The notes under the pieces were generated by a model. That model was not told the origin of the DNA and searched no databases. It saw only the letters and a list, made by a program, of their open reading frames with translations. From the NCBI GenBank assembly GCA_965287045.1, contig OZ336885.1, forward strand, positions 64,294,001 to 64,358,000: a stretch of DNA of 64,000 nucleotides, given 5' to 3'. The position numbers and the translations under genes were made by a program. The stretch is from Carcharhinus amblyrhynchos (lineage: Eukaryota). Shown here in pieces: positions 51,367-64,000 of this stretch (position 1 is the first letter of the stretch; each line of letters starts with the position of its first letter).

Positions 51367-53329
51367 CTGTAATCAATAAATTGCAAGGAATACATAAATC
51401 CAGATCATAGGAGAAATGACATAAATTCGAATGTGACTTTGCATCATCTGAGAATGCCCAATGGTCTAACAGCTTAAAAGAAACGTCTCTTTCAGGAATA
51501 TAAAGCAATGGAAATTGATGATCTCCAGTATAATTTTACCACTAATAACCATTACTTTTGCAGTAAAGTGAGGAGGTTCATTATATCATGAATATTGCTA
51601 CAACAGAAGTGGCAATGTCATTAACATCGATTGCAACATCTAATTCGTCAAACTTGGAACTATCAAACAAAGAAAACTTCCTCCGACAAAATCTTCAGGA
51701 TTTGGTGGCTTTTCTGTGCTAACCTGGCAATTTATGTTCAAAATATGTGCAGGATCACATGAGTAACCAATGGTAAATGCGTGGGCATGCATATGTAGCG
51801 TGGAGGAGCCGGGTGTCTTCATTTTGTATAGTTGTAATAATATTGGTTTTGCGGGCCATTTAGGTGCATTGGGAGTACTGTTTTAGACCAAATGGCCCGG
51901 CATGTGTATAGATGGATTAGCTATGACATTTATACAGGTTTTGGTAGCCCAGACGAGCGGGTTGTTTCGTAAGTTGTCCTTTTTTTTTCTGGCCGAATGT
52001 GTTCATCCTGCACTGTTCGATTTTACTTTAGTTGAGGTGCAACGGACAGAGGAATAATTCAGTCTTTTCAAAAACAAGAGAGAAAATATTATGACCAGCA
52101 TCATGAGTCGCCAACGTCACCGGTCTTTTACTGGTCATGCCAAGGACAATAATTAGGATGTCCCGAGATTCTTCAGGGGAATGAGTTTAAACAATACCTT
52201 GAGAAATGAAATGAACACCATAAAAAAAAAACATGTATTTATTCATCTGGTTAAGAAACAAACAGTTCGAAATTCGGCTATTGTCCGTCATAATCAGCTG
52301 TTTGTCCACCGTTCCCTGGGCAAACCAGCGGAGCAATTAAACGATTCAGATCATCCACTATTGCCTTGAACGATGGTGTCAATGAAGCGATGCTATTCGT
52401 TTCTATTCACAATTTGACCCGATGGCTGAAATACCACCGAAATAAAAATGAACATTCTGCTTCTACCCAGGAATGGGACGACTTAAAGATAGGTGGAGCT
52501 TCACTGGCAGATTGGAACAATATTCAAACTATCAGGCAGGGGTGCGCGGCAGAAGAAGACGCACGCGGACACTTCCGTGCAAATTATAGAGGGCATTAAC
52601 AGTGCTTGTGAAAGCAACTAATTTGAATTTGATTGGGATAGATTTCTGAAAATTACAAGAGATAATTTCAATGCAAAGTTATCCAGACATAAAAATGTGC
52701 TGTTCAGTTTTCTTGCGTTAAAGAAGAGAAAACAATACAAACGGCTTTTTTTTTGTTGTAGTATTCGACGCTCGGTATTGAAGCATACTGATGTTGCGGT
52801 AGGAAAATAGATACGTTAACAGCAATGCAAGTTCTCATGAGTATTTGTGTAAAGACTGAGCAGTCCATTCTTCGTAACGAGACATTGTCAGGTTCCATCT
52901 CGTAAATTCTTTCAGCCAACATTGTTCCAAAGTCTACTGCTGACATTTTCATGGGCTTCCATATGGAAGGGAAAACGAGGAAATGCATTATAATTTTCGA
53001 TCTATATCGCTATGCTCCATCGTCTAGCTTTCACAGCCATACATGGGAATTGCCACAAAGTAACGTAAAGAAAATCAATTTTTCGCTTTAAATGAGATGG
53101 CGCAACAATTTCAAGCATGAAGGTAGAAAGAGGAATGAAAGCAAAGAAAACAAGTGTTTTGTTTGCACTTTGGAACCAAGTACAATGCAATTCTCACAAC
53201 GCAAGAGAAGATTCATAATATGCATTGAAAAGTAACTAAGACAAAATGTTACCAATCTGGAGAAATATGAAAATCAAAGCCATTTGCTGGTGCATAAATT
53301 TGAAATGGGTGATAAACGTGGACCCTACC

Positions 53330-54400
53330 AGTGAAATTGCACATGCAACATGGGGAAATGGCATGGGTTATTCATATGGTAATTTCCGTTTCTCTTGAAG
53401 AAAGTGGGATTTGGCACATAGGCATAGACATATGAGAAGTGTTCAAAACTGATTTGGAGGATATGCTAAATAGATTATTGTTGTTCAAAGAAGACAAGAC
53501 ACTTGGGGTGGATGATTCTTATCAATTAATTTTGGTTCAGGTGAGAACCAGATTTGCAGGCAGCTGGCCACGAACTTTTTTATCTTCTGTAATATCTTGT
53601 GAAAAGACATATGGCTGAACAATTGCAAATTTAACGAACTTATTCAAATGAAAATATGTAATGCTAGCTCAGACATCTGTAGTTCTCAGATGGTATGAGA
53701 ATTGGGTGGGTGGTTCATAGTGCTGAGGATGGCCTTGGATTCAATATGGTTATACCGGGCTTCTCGCATTGGCTGAGGGTTAGTAAATATAATTCAATAC
53801 ATTTGAATGTTTGGTGATGATTTGGGCACGACACGCAAGACAAAGAATGCACAATAAATACCAGGCACCGATGAAGGGCAACGGAACAGAATATTTTGGT
53901 ATGTGTTTACAACAACTATATAAGTGAGCAATTCAACTACTCACAAGGTTCACGAGGCACATAGTATGCATAACTTTCTTGCGGATGCATAGAGCTTAAG
54001 TTCAGAGAGTTTCTTCTGCGGTTTTACCAAACTTTCTTTGGACCACGGCTAGAATTTGATGTGGTATTGTTGAAGCAAGGTTCTCTACCAGCTGTAAGGG
54101 CACTGGCCAAAGTCCAAAAATACCTCAGAGACTTAGATGTAATTTAAGGGACATAAGCATTAGATGGAATGATAGGATGAAGATATTCTCAAAATGGGGG
54201 GTGGTTCTGAGCCCGAAACCCACTGTCTGAAGTTTTGGATGTGGAAATACCCGTAATGTTTCAGAAGTATTTAAAAGTGCACTTGAGATGACTACGCAAA
54301 GAGGCCGATGTTCAAGTACTGCAAATTTGGTTTAGGATATTTGGCTGGTTATTCTTTAACTGTTTGAGCAGTGGTGCAAATATCTTTGGGGGGAGACGGG
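53330..54400 (+). mobile_element. Ancient CR1 RT/3' fragment
   Basis: Faint colinear similarity to the CR1 RT C-terminal region (gaccacggctagaa corresponds to RP.LE). Confidence 0.45.
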
Positions 54401-55544
54401 GGTGGTCATAAAAAAGGCACGTCGCTGCAATTGGCCAGCGGTTACCATCAGAGGAGGTGAGAAGGGCGTTTGCATATAAGATCAATAAAAACCGTTCAGA
54501 GTCAAGGGGAAGCAGATTCATGCTGATCGTCTGCAATACACGTGTTAGATTTTTTTTTACATCGTGTGCAGTTCTAGGCGGCAATCTATTTTAATGATGT
54601 GATTTTATGGGAAAAATGCAGAACAGATTTTTACGTGTGATTCCAAGGATATTAAACTGTAATTCTGAAACGAAGTTGGTACAGAACTCAATGGAAAGAA
54701 TAAAGCTAAAAATGTGATGTGATATCGATATTGAATGTACAGATGGAGCAACATAGAGAACGTTGCGATTTATATATATATAAACAAATCGTAAAACAAA
54801 CCAACATATAGCTAGCACAAACTTTAATAGCGATGTAAAGGAATAAAATGTGTTTTTTTTTTGCAGCCCCAGTGATTCAGATGGAGAATGAATTTGCAGT
54901 GATTGTGATGGAGGCTACTTCAATCGTGTTAACCGGTGGGGCGTTAAATGATAGTTTGAATCTATCAATCATCGGAGGCAGAGGAATGACAGAAACAAAT
55001 CCTTGAACGTGTTTGCACAGCGGATGTTGCAAACGTTATCCTTCGGTGCTCCAAAAAAAAACCAATTCACTTGAGGTGAATCATCAACTGAACGTCTGTG
55101 GCCCATGTACCGGCATTTTTTTTTTGGCAGATTCCAAATCAACCGTTATCAGTAAATCATGGTGTTTTGAACTGAAAACACGACTGTTCATGTGTTAATC
55201 GGAATATTGCAGGTCATTCCAACCACTTCAGTTGTGACTCTCGTGCCTAAGATGCATTGAATGTGGAAATAGACCAAGATCAAAATTGTGTCCCGCAGCC
55301 GCCCCTTGTGTGATTTATCAAAGTGTAGCTTTGTTTCTTGGATACAGTTTGTTACATGGCATGCATTGTTTGAACCTACTTTTTGATACCGAGACATTTA
55401 AAAATCGGGATGTGTTTGAGAGTGATAATAAATATCAACATGCTGCATGCAGTGGATAGATAGATATGCACTGTGGCAAAGTTACTTTTTTCCTCACTTC
55501 TGCACGAAATCGCAAAGGACCTAGGTTGCATTCCACACTTGGCA

Positions 55545-55925
55545 GATCATCATAGAATACCTACAGTGCAGGAGAGGCAACTCGGTCCATCAATTCGGCA
55601 CCAACTAACACCTAGTCTCTATCCCTCGATTTTCCCCTAGCGCCCCACAGTCTAATCCATTTAAACTGCAAACTTGCGACACGATGGGCAATGCAGCATG
55701 TGGATTCCATCGAAACATCATTTCCTGAACACACAGTGCCGAATCACCAAGCCCGCATTTTTTTTTAGACTATGGGAACAAAACTAACCAACCCACAGCG
55801 AAACTATTCAGACACAGGGAAAATGTGTAAAATCTACACAGATGGTTATTCAAGGCTAAAATAGAATCAGTGTCCCTGGTGCTCTGAAGCACCAATGATA
55901 ACGAATTTTCCCTCGTGCTTGCGCT
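55545..55925 (-). mobile_element. HE1-type SINE, degenerate
   Basis: catagaatacctacagtgcaggagaggc tail, and gggaaaatgtgtaaaatctacacaga...gtccctggtgctctga head in reverse. Confidence 0.7.
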
Positions 55926-57139
55926 GTACGGAGTAAGCACGAGCTTATTCTTTCAATATGGCTCTGCTGTGGCTGCTCAGAGATTCTTGCACTGATGCGC
56001 AAGTAAGTTGGATTAGTGATGGTAAATTTACGGGTTATAGGGATAGGGCTGGCAGTACCTAGTTAACATGGTCTTTCATAGAATCAGTGCAAGCCCAATG
56101 GGAGTCACAATCTTCTTCAGAACGATCGGGATTGCACGAAGTCTATGGAGAGAAAAAAAAACGTTCTACCCAGGAATTCCTCAAGTTCAAGGGGTTTGAT
56201 AATTAAGTCATATTGCCAAAACTTCAATGGCTGCAAAACATGGAGGTATAACACTTAAAAATAAATAATGCGGGGATCCGATCCAGAATCATCTGTAACC
56301 GTGTGTTTGTGTGTGAGGGAGATTTAATGATGGAAATCTAAAAAAAAGGCGATGTATCGAAGTTAAAAAGCTTAAAAAAAAGTTTCGCTGAATGGAAGAA
56401 GACGAGATGAATATGTGGACATTTGAACCGTTGCATTAAGAGATGATGCCGACCATATTGGCTGACTGCTAACCAGCTTCCACAATCAGAAAAAAAAAAC
56501 TCAATTGTGCCTTAAATTTCAAACTATGGACAACACGCAATATTTTCCCCAGCGGGCCACATCCGTCCCGGGGTGGATACTGCTTCCGCTTGGCCCCAGC
56601 AGACATTGTGAAACCTCCCAGCCCCCCACCCCCCTGCCCCAAACATTACTGACTCCATTATCCCCGCCGCTCAGATCGATCACTGACCCCTGCCCATCCC
56701 CCCACCAATCACACGGACAGTGGTAATGAACCTCACTTTCTTCCACTGATCACAGGCAGAGAGATCCACCTTTCTCTCTCCACTCCACAGATATCAGGTC
56801 GTTTGATCCCGACACCCGTACGGTGGACACTCCCGAACAAGCCTCCCCGCACCCCCTCCTCTCCTCCGGACTCCAATGAATGTGTGACACTACCGTTCTC
56901 TCCCTCTGGCCTCAATACACTGATCCACTTCAATCCCACCCCGTCAGACCCCCACTCCGCATCAGAACACCTGCGTGTAATCACTTGCCGTCCTCTCAGT
57001 GTTAACAATCAAAAGGCATGCAACTTTCTGGAGTGATAAGCCAAAGTGCCTGAAGGTGATCGGTCCTAACGAGGGACATCTCCATTAAAAACTTAAAAAT
57101 GGGCAGGCAGGCAAGCATTCCGACACGAAATGTGCGCAC

Positions 57140-59425
57140 GAGCAGTCACCCAATTTCCTGAGAGCGACCTGGAAAGGTTACTCAATGCAGCAAAGGTGAA
57201 ACAGGACGCCGTCCACCCCAAGTCCCAACCATCCTCCCTCCCCGTCCTGTCCCGGAGGGCGTAGACCTATATGGGCTGATGGAAATGTGACCTCGGAAGC
57301 AGTCGCCACCTCAGTCTGTTCCAGAGCACTGGCTCAATAACCGGGAAGCAGTGCCGGAGAGAAAAAAAACAATGACGTCACCTGTGCAGCAAAGTTGAAC
57401 GCTGTGCCCCAAATTCTATCTTCCCCCAAATCTTCCCGAGATCCTCCCATTTCCAGCAACTTGCATGCTTCCACTTCCCCATCCCCAAACAACTCATTCC
57501 TATAAAACTCCAAGACCAGTCCTGCGCTTGTCCTGTAATGACCACCATCTGTTGATCCGTCGGGCTCATGCCATCATTTCTTTCATTTTTTTTTGTCTCC
57601 ACAAGATAAGATAGACTATAACAACCGTCAGTGGCAGAAGATAAGGTTTGATCAACCAGTTCCCTTGGTTTTCAGCCCCTTTGAAGAGTGAGTGCTGGAA
57701 CTCTCAAGGAAAGGGAGATGCGGGCTGTCAGTGAGAGCGTAGTCGGGATGTTGTCAACAGGAGAGCAAATATCATTGATCCTCTCATTTTGAGGCAACGT
57801 CTCGGGCACACGAGTTTCACATGCGAAGATTACGGTTTAAGGGAGATTTGCGAGGCGTGCGTATTTGCACACGGAGGGGAGTGCGTGTCTGGAACTTGCT
57901 GTGGGGAGGGTGGGTGGAAGTCGTGGATGCAGAACCCATAGTAATTTTCAACGGGCGTCTTCAAACCTTTGCTAATTGGATGGGAATACAGACACATGTT
58001 CCCCAGAAGCGTTTCACGATATGCATCATGTGGGAAACCGGGAAACTACAGGTTTGATGTGCGGAAGGGGTTGTTGCTGTGATGCAATTTTCTTTGTGTT
58101 ATGTTCTATGTTCAATGGACAAATGCGAATTACCTGTTTCGCATCACGGATTTTTCTCCCTCTTTTGCATTTAAACGTTTGTCCTGTACTGCAGGGACAG
58201 ACCAGGGAGCCCCGGGACTTCTGGGCTGGAGTCCCGTAGTACAGTTTCACGCCCATCCTGGTACAGAAAGTTGGGGCGAGTTCTCGAAGGATGTGAGTGA
58301 AGGGTCCATTTTGGCGTCAACTTCCACCTCCCAACTTATCCCATTTATTGGAACGTCGGTGGGTTCAAATAATGCTGAGTCTCCTCGCTCATTCTCTGAT
58401 AATGTACTTCGGGGGGGCGGGGGGGGGTGAGGAGGGAACGTCCGAGGCCTCTGGCATGCGGGGCCTGCCTGAAACGAGGACTTATCGGGCCCCAGGCTAT
58501 CGGCTGGGCCTCCGTGATTACTTCTCACTCAGCTACTGGAGATGTAGCAACAGAGCCAGGGAATGCAGGAGGGGCTGACGGCTACCCTGGACCAACTGAC
58601 AAGCTGTTCGGTGGAGTTCAAAACTTTCAGGCAGCCGAGATGTTGCCTGCCTTGCGTGCTTGACAAGCCGAAACTTCAAAGGTGGCATGTGCTATGGAAA
58701 TCTTGGGGGAGGGCATCCTCATCATGAGTGGCAGGCTTCAAGTGATGGCTGACTCACAGTAGGCCACATTTGAGGGACTGAATAGGATTCTTGAGGTTCT
58801 ACGGCTCAACGTTGAGGCTCAAGAGCTTGCAGGAGACACAGCAGGGCATTGCTGAAACACGGGGGCTACAGCAGCAGCCCTTGATAATGTGCATCCTCAC
58901 AGAGTGATTGCAGAGCCCAGTTTTTCTGAGGACACTTGCTGAGGCCATTGACATGTGACTCGTGAATGAAGTAGCCGTGCCAGAGTTCACAAATGCCATG
59001 TGTAGAATGCAGGAAGCCCTCCTGGTCTGACAAGGTCACCTGACGCATAAGTTTGTGGAGTTGTGGAGCTCACTGCAGAACCACCGCTGTCCTATCGAGT
59101 GACATAGAGGCCCACAGGTGGCCAAAGGGATAAGGAAGTGTTTGAGACCTTGCTGGTGCCTTAAAGCCAAGAGACTGTGGCTTTGGCTGCACCTTCTGAT
59201 TCCCCGCCTCCTGACAGCGAATAAGCCTCTGGGGTGAAAAGGGTTTCAGGGGAAAATCCCAGACACCTGGAAACAGGTCTTAATGTCCAGGGCGCTCGAG
59301 AGCATCCACCATGCATATCACAGGCCGTGGGGCGTGGAAGGCAGTTTCCCCCCTCCACCTCCATCATACATTCTGGGGAGTCACTGAGATGTAGTTGTAG
59401 GTTACATAAGGTTAGGAAATTGTAG
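57140..59425 (+). pseudogene. Harbinger Myb/SANT-like (trihelix) DNA-binding protein gene, spliced, disrupted
   Basis: Exon 1 reads AVTQFPESDLERLLNAAKVKQDAVHP...EAVATSV...GKQCRREKNNDV. Exon 2 near 57606 reads NNRQWQK...VFSPFEE*VLEL. C-terminus HSGESLRCSCRLHKVRKL*. Confidence 0.7.
57800..58110 (+). mobile_element. CR1 3' fragment in Harbinger Myb intron
   Basis: ORF 57821-58057 reads RFKGDLRG...TRRGVRVWNLL. Confidence 0.7.
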
Positions 59426-59989
59426 TTGTACTGTGATGGCACGGGTGAAAGTGGTTTGAAAGATAATGAAACACTTTAACAATTTCTGTTCACAAGCTTT
59501 CGTGCTAGAACGTATTATTTAAACACCTTTATTGCAATTAAATTTATTTTTTTCACCAGCTACCTTTGACTGGCTTGTCTCAGGTTTGTCTCAACTTTAA
59601 TATCCTCTTCCACTGGTGATCACCGGAGGTATGCTTCATGTTGCTGTCTTTTGGGGAGGCCCTTCAAGGCTGTGACACTGACAAAGTGAAACCATTGGTT
59701 CCTCAGATCCCACAGTTGATTTTCTCCCATCGCGATTACCACCCAACCCAGGATAGTATATGAAAGTTTAAGACTATCTAAACTGATTTGTGGCCAGGTG
59801 TCGGTGTGACTGTGGACCTCAGGTATGAGTCGGAATAGTTTGCACCACGGCATCATGATGATGGTGTTTAATGAGTTGCCATCACCTCCTGCCTGTCAAA
59901 AGACTCGCTAACAGAGTAACCAGGCCAATCACAATTTCTGTGACAATATTGCAGGAGGTAAAAGAATTTCGGATTGTATTTGGGGAGGA

Positions 59990-61100
59990 TGGAATCCACA
60001 TTCACAAACCCAACGACACAACTAACTGGTGATCAGGGCCTTCCTAGCCGCACTGGCATGACTCATTTGAGCTGCAAGCCCTCCTGCGCTTGGATGTTGC
60101 TATTGAGTGTACACTTCCTCTTTTCCTCCTTTTCTGTTCCTCCTCATCCTGTTACTCAGCCTCCCCAGCGAAGCCCATCTGTTCAGCCTAAACTGCCTCC
60201 TCCCCCTCCTCCAATTTGTCACCTTTCTGTAGAGCCAGGTTATGCAAAGCACAACACTCGGCCATGTGAGAAGAGATCATAGTGCTAAATTGGAGTGCCG
60301 CATCAGTGTGTCTAGACACTGCAGTCACATTTGCAGGAGCCAATGCACCTCTTCACTTTCACTCAGGTGGTGACATGGCCTCATTATAGCCGGTGGCTAC
60401 CTCAGTCACAGGCCTCTGCAAAGACATCATCAGCGATTTCCGAAGTGGCAATTCATGTTTCCCACGAACCACCTCTGGAGCCTCGGCTATTCCTCAAATG
60501 CTTCTGGGATGTCCGAACGCCTGGCAATGAATATGTCGTGCACACTACCTGTGAGTCTTGCGCAACCATGCATAATGTTCATGTTATAGTCACGGCTGAA
60601 AGTTCAAGGAGGGCAACCCCATTCTGTTCATGGGTCTTCATGGATTCCGTAGAGGGGACTTCAGGGCGACATGGCTGCAGTCATTGCTCGCTTGCACGTA
60701 AGGCATTCCAACAAAGGCTACAAACACTGCAGCCCGGGCTTCCTGATGGGCCTGGTCCAGGTTAAACATGAGTCACTGCCCAGACGGTCACACAGGGTTT
60801 CTGTGATATGCTTGACACAGCTATGCACAGCTGACTGGGGGATGTCACAGACATCTCTACTCGCGATCTGGAAGGAGCTGGTCGCATAAAGGTTCAGAGC
60901 CGTCGTCAATTTGACACCCTCCACCCTCCCCACCTCCTTCAAACCCGCCTCCCTCCACTTCGAGGTGCAAAGTCATGCAACAGGTTGCAGGGTCTCTCTT
61001 TGGGGACGGAGAACAAGTCAATGCACGATGTCCTCCATGTCTTCAACTGACACCCGTGTTTGGAACTGCCAATGCCTCTGCTGTCTCCTTCTCCTGTGTC
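59990..61100 (-). pseudogene. HARBI1-like DDE transposase, disrupted
   Basis: ORF 60718-60942 reads VKLTTALNLYATSSFQIASRDVCDIPQSAVHSCVKHITETL. It continues GMPYVQASNDCSHVALKSP, IMHGCARLTGSVHDIFI, YNEA and CCALHNLA. Confidence 0.88.
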
Positions 61101-62074
61101 CACCCCATGGGTCAATAGTGGTCATCTCCTGCCTCTGGTTGTCATCTCCCTCTACTCCTGCAAGTGGTAAGGCCCGGCCTCCTATACCCGCAATTCTTCC
61201 TTCAGCTTCACTTCCTCATCGCCAGCAGCTAGCAAAAGAACAACAACATCAATCAGTTGCTTTGCAAAAGCCATCTCTATGCTCTGAAGAGGGGGAGTGG
61301 GTGTGGTGGGGGAGAGAGATGGAATGAAACACATGTAAAGATCAAGGAACGTTTCTTGCCCACAACATATTACCAGTCACTGCCCATACCTGCCAATTCC
61401 ACCAGCCTCATTTTCCCCACAATCACAGCCCCTGCTCTTCACCCAGCCACATGTTTCCTGCAATCACAGGTACCCCCGTCAAACTACCAGCCCCCCACCC
61501 CCCCCCGCCCCCCCACCACCCCCGCCCTACCACCACCACCCCGCATTTCTCCAGCCACTTGGTCCCACTCAGCATACCTCCAATTCAACCAGCCACAAGC
61601 TCTCCATGACCACGACCACCAATTCCTCCAGGCAAATGCTCCCCATAATCACTGGCACCCTGCCAATTCCCCAACTCGCATGCACTCCGAACTCCAGCTC
61701 CTTCAAAATTTGAGAGGCTTCAACAGCGCAGTTTGCAAGGTTTTGTGCACATCCTTGAGCTAGAAGAATGTTCAGGACGCGAGGGCCAAGCAGCACACAA
61801 TACCCGTGGTCAGTTCTGTGTCTTGGGTTAGTATTGCAAACCGGACATCGGAGACACTGCTGAGCAACAACTCTCCAAACGCCACCACCAACACACTCGA
61901 CGATCCGCCAGTCACCCAAGAAAGAAAATTACAACAAAAGGACGCCCGTAAGCAGAAGGGAGCCATCGGACGCTACGCACTTACATTCACACCATCTATT
62001 CTCACTATGGAGCATGTCTGTTTTGCTCCGATTTCGGAATGGTGAACATGGCAGTAAAGGGGCACCTAAAGCAT

Positions 62075-62830
62075 GAGAACATAAGAAGTAGATGCAGGAG
62101 TAGGCCATCTAGCCCTTCGAGCCTGCCCTGCCATTCAATAAGATCATGGTTGATCTGAAGTGGATCAGTTCCACTTTCCCGTTTTCTCCCCATAACCCTT
62201 TATTCCCTTGTCTACCAAAAACCTATCTACTCGTGACTGAAATATATTTAGTGGCGTAGCCTCCACCACTTCAACGGGCAGAGAATTCCAGAGATTCATC
62301 TCCCTTTGAGTGAAGAAGTTCCTCCTCAACTCTGATCTAAACTGACGTTCCCTGATCTTGAGGGTGTGCCCTCTCGTCCTGCTATCCTTTCTAAGCGGGA
62401 AGAATCTCTCTACCTCTTCCCTATCCACCCCTTTCATTATCTTATACGTCTCTATAAGACCCCCCCTCATCCTTCTAAACTTCAACGAGTACAGACCCTG
62501 TCTGTGTAGTCTCTCTTCATAGTCCAACCCCCTCATCTCCGGTATCAGTCTAGTGAACCTCCACTGCGCTCCCTCCAAGGCCAACATATCCTTGCGCAAT
62601 TGCGGCGACCAAAACTGCTCACAGAACTCCAGCTGAGGCCTCAGCAGTGTCCTGTACAGTTGCAGCAAGACCTCTCTGCTTTTATATTCTATCCCACTCG
62701 TTATAAACGCCAGCATTCCATTCGACTTCTTGATCACCTGCTGCACCTGCAACATGGGTTTTTGCGACTCATGCACAAGGACCCCCAGGTCTCTCTGTAC
62801 CGGAGCATGCGGCAGCTTTTTATCTGCTGG
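62075..62830 (-). mobile_element. Young 5'-truncated CR1 LINE 3' end
   Basis: Uninterrupted 203-aa ORF 62165-62776 (LYRTLLRPQLEFCEQFWSP...RNFFTQREMNLWNSLP); agaacataagaag tail. Confidence 0.95.
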
Positions 62831-64000
62831 TGAAGATATGCATGGAGCCCATTAATTCAATTTAAACACATTCAAATACATTTAAATGGCCATTACGAAC
62901 GTTTCAGGCGCGAACCCCTTCACGTCCATTTTCTGGCCTTGGTAAAGGTGAGAGCTGCGCGTAGCCGAGCTCTGATCACTCTAATGCCTCATGCCTGGCT
63001 TCACCAAGTTTTCGCGACGGTCAAATCTAACCCAATATCTCAAAGAGTTTTCGAGATTTCTTTTTCATTAATGTAACTACAACGCATTACATTTGAAAAC
63101 ATCTTTGTTTATCGTGAAACTAACTACGCTCTTATCCCAAGCCACAGAGAAACCGTAAATGAAACTCAGAAGAGTGATTCAATTCTTCGTCATGTTCGAA
63201 AACTCAAATATAGCGGATTGGAAGCTTCCTCTGCATTCTGACACGAGATGCTGCATTATTCCGAAGAGGAATCTGACATGCTTTTGAAAGGTATGTCATT
63301 CTAAATGTTACACACATACGTTTGGTGATTTCGATGCATATATGCAATTCTTACATCTCACGCATAGAACACTTTCATTGACTGTTCTATTTAATCGTTT
63401 GCAAGAAACCCATTTTATGTGAGCATTTCGTGGACAGTCTGCATTTGACTATACCGATCACATTATTGTCAATTGAACATTTTGTAATGACTTACTCCAG
63501 TGGGTCTTTGATTACATATCTCGAGCTAATCACCAGCATTCTTGCTCAAAAATAATGAATTATTCTCTATGGGGTATAAATATGAGTTTTGGTAAAACAA
63601 ATAAATTGTGTTGCAATATTTTTTGTATACTATGTCAATGTTCTACACTCTCATCTGATCAATCAATATGTCTCGATGAATCTTCAACAATGACCTACAG
63701 TGGCGAGTAATACGCTGATAACCTTTAATATGATTTGCATGGGTTTCCATCAGAGAGAAGTTATGACAATTATAGATGAAACTAACAGTTAATGTTGCAT
63801 TGTCCATTGTTGACGTTGCTGCAGTTGTTAGAATAGATACATTCCTACAGTGAATCAAAATCAATCGGCAAACTGTTTTGGTCAGTTAGAATATATATTT
63901 AACAGTCGTTGCGGAACACGGCATCAAAATGTTCATCGCTGACCTTTGAACGCCAGCTCGTCTTTCAGTCTGCGATTTTCTATAAAGCAAAATCATAGAT

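Larger units (their letters stand above)
56530..63033. mobile_element. Decayed PIF/Harbinger DNA transposon, copy 2, with convergent Myb/SANT and transposase genes and two nested CR1 fragments
   Basis: Myb gene on +, HARBI1-like gene on -, right terminus aaatctaaCCC|aat. C-rich subterminal region is homologous to 610-760. The left terminus was not resolved. Confidence 0.8.

Noticed and set aside
1-64000. CRISPR arrays, operons, rRNA or other prokaryotic systems
   Set aside because: No regularly spaced direct repeats or dense coding; the sequence is vertebrate intronic and transposon DNA.

Overview
Eukaryotic, repeat-rich DNA that is very probably from a cartilaginous fish (shark/ray), inferred from HE1-type tRNA-derived SINEs, CR1/HER1-type LINEs, Penelope-derived short elements and Harbinger transposons. 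Most ORFs in the supplied track are transposon remnants or antisense noise. Three less obvious signals stand out. (1) A minus-strand host gene invisible to the ORF track, built from at least 8 symmetric phase-1 micro-exons (mostly exactly 27 nt) spread over about 47 kb and encoding a charged 9-residue repeat. (2) CR1 copies with dense sense-strand A->G hypermutation plus G-run expansion, consistent with ADAR-hyperedited RNA fixed by retrotransposition. (3) Several Penelope-derived short elements carrying minimal type-I hammerhead ribozyme motifs, one with an intact catalytic core. Two decayed two-gene Harbinger elements (Myb/SANT plus DDE transposase) bracket the window. Repeat boundaries are approximate and family calls come from motif recognition, not database searches.
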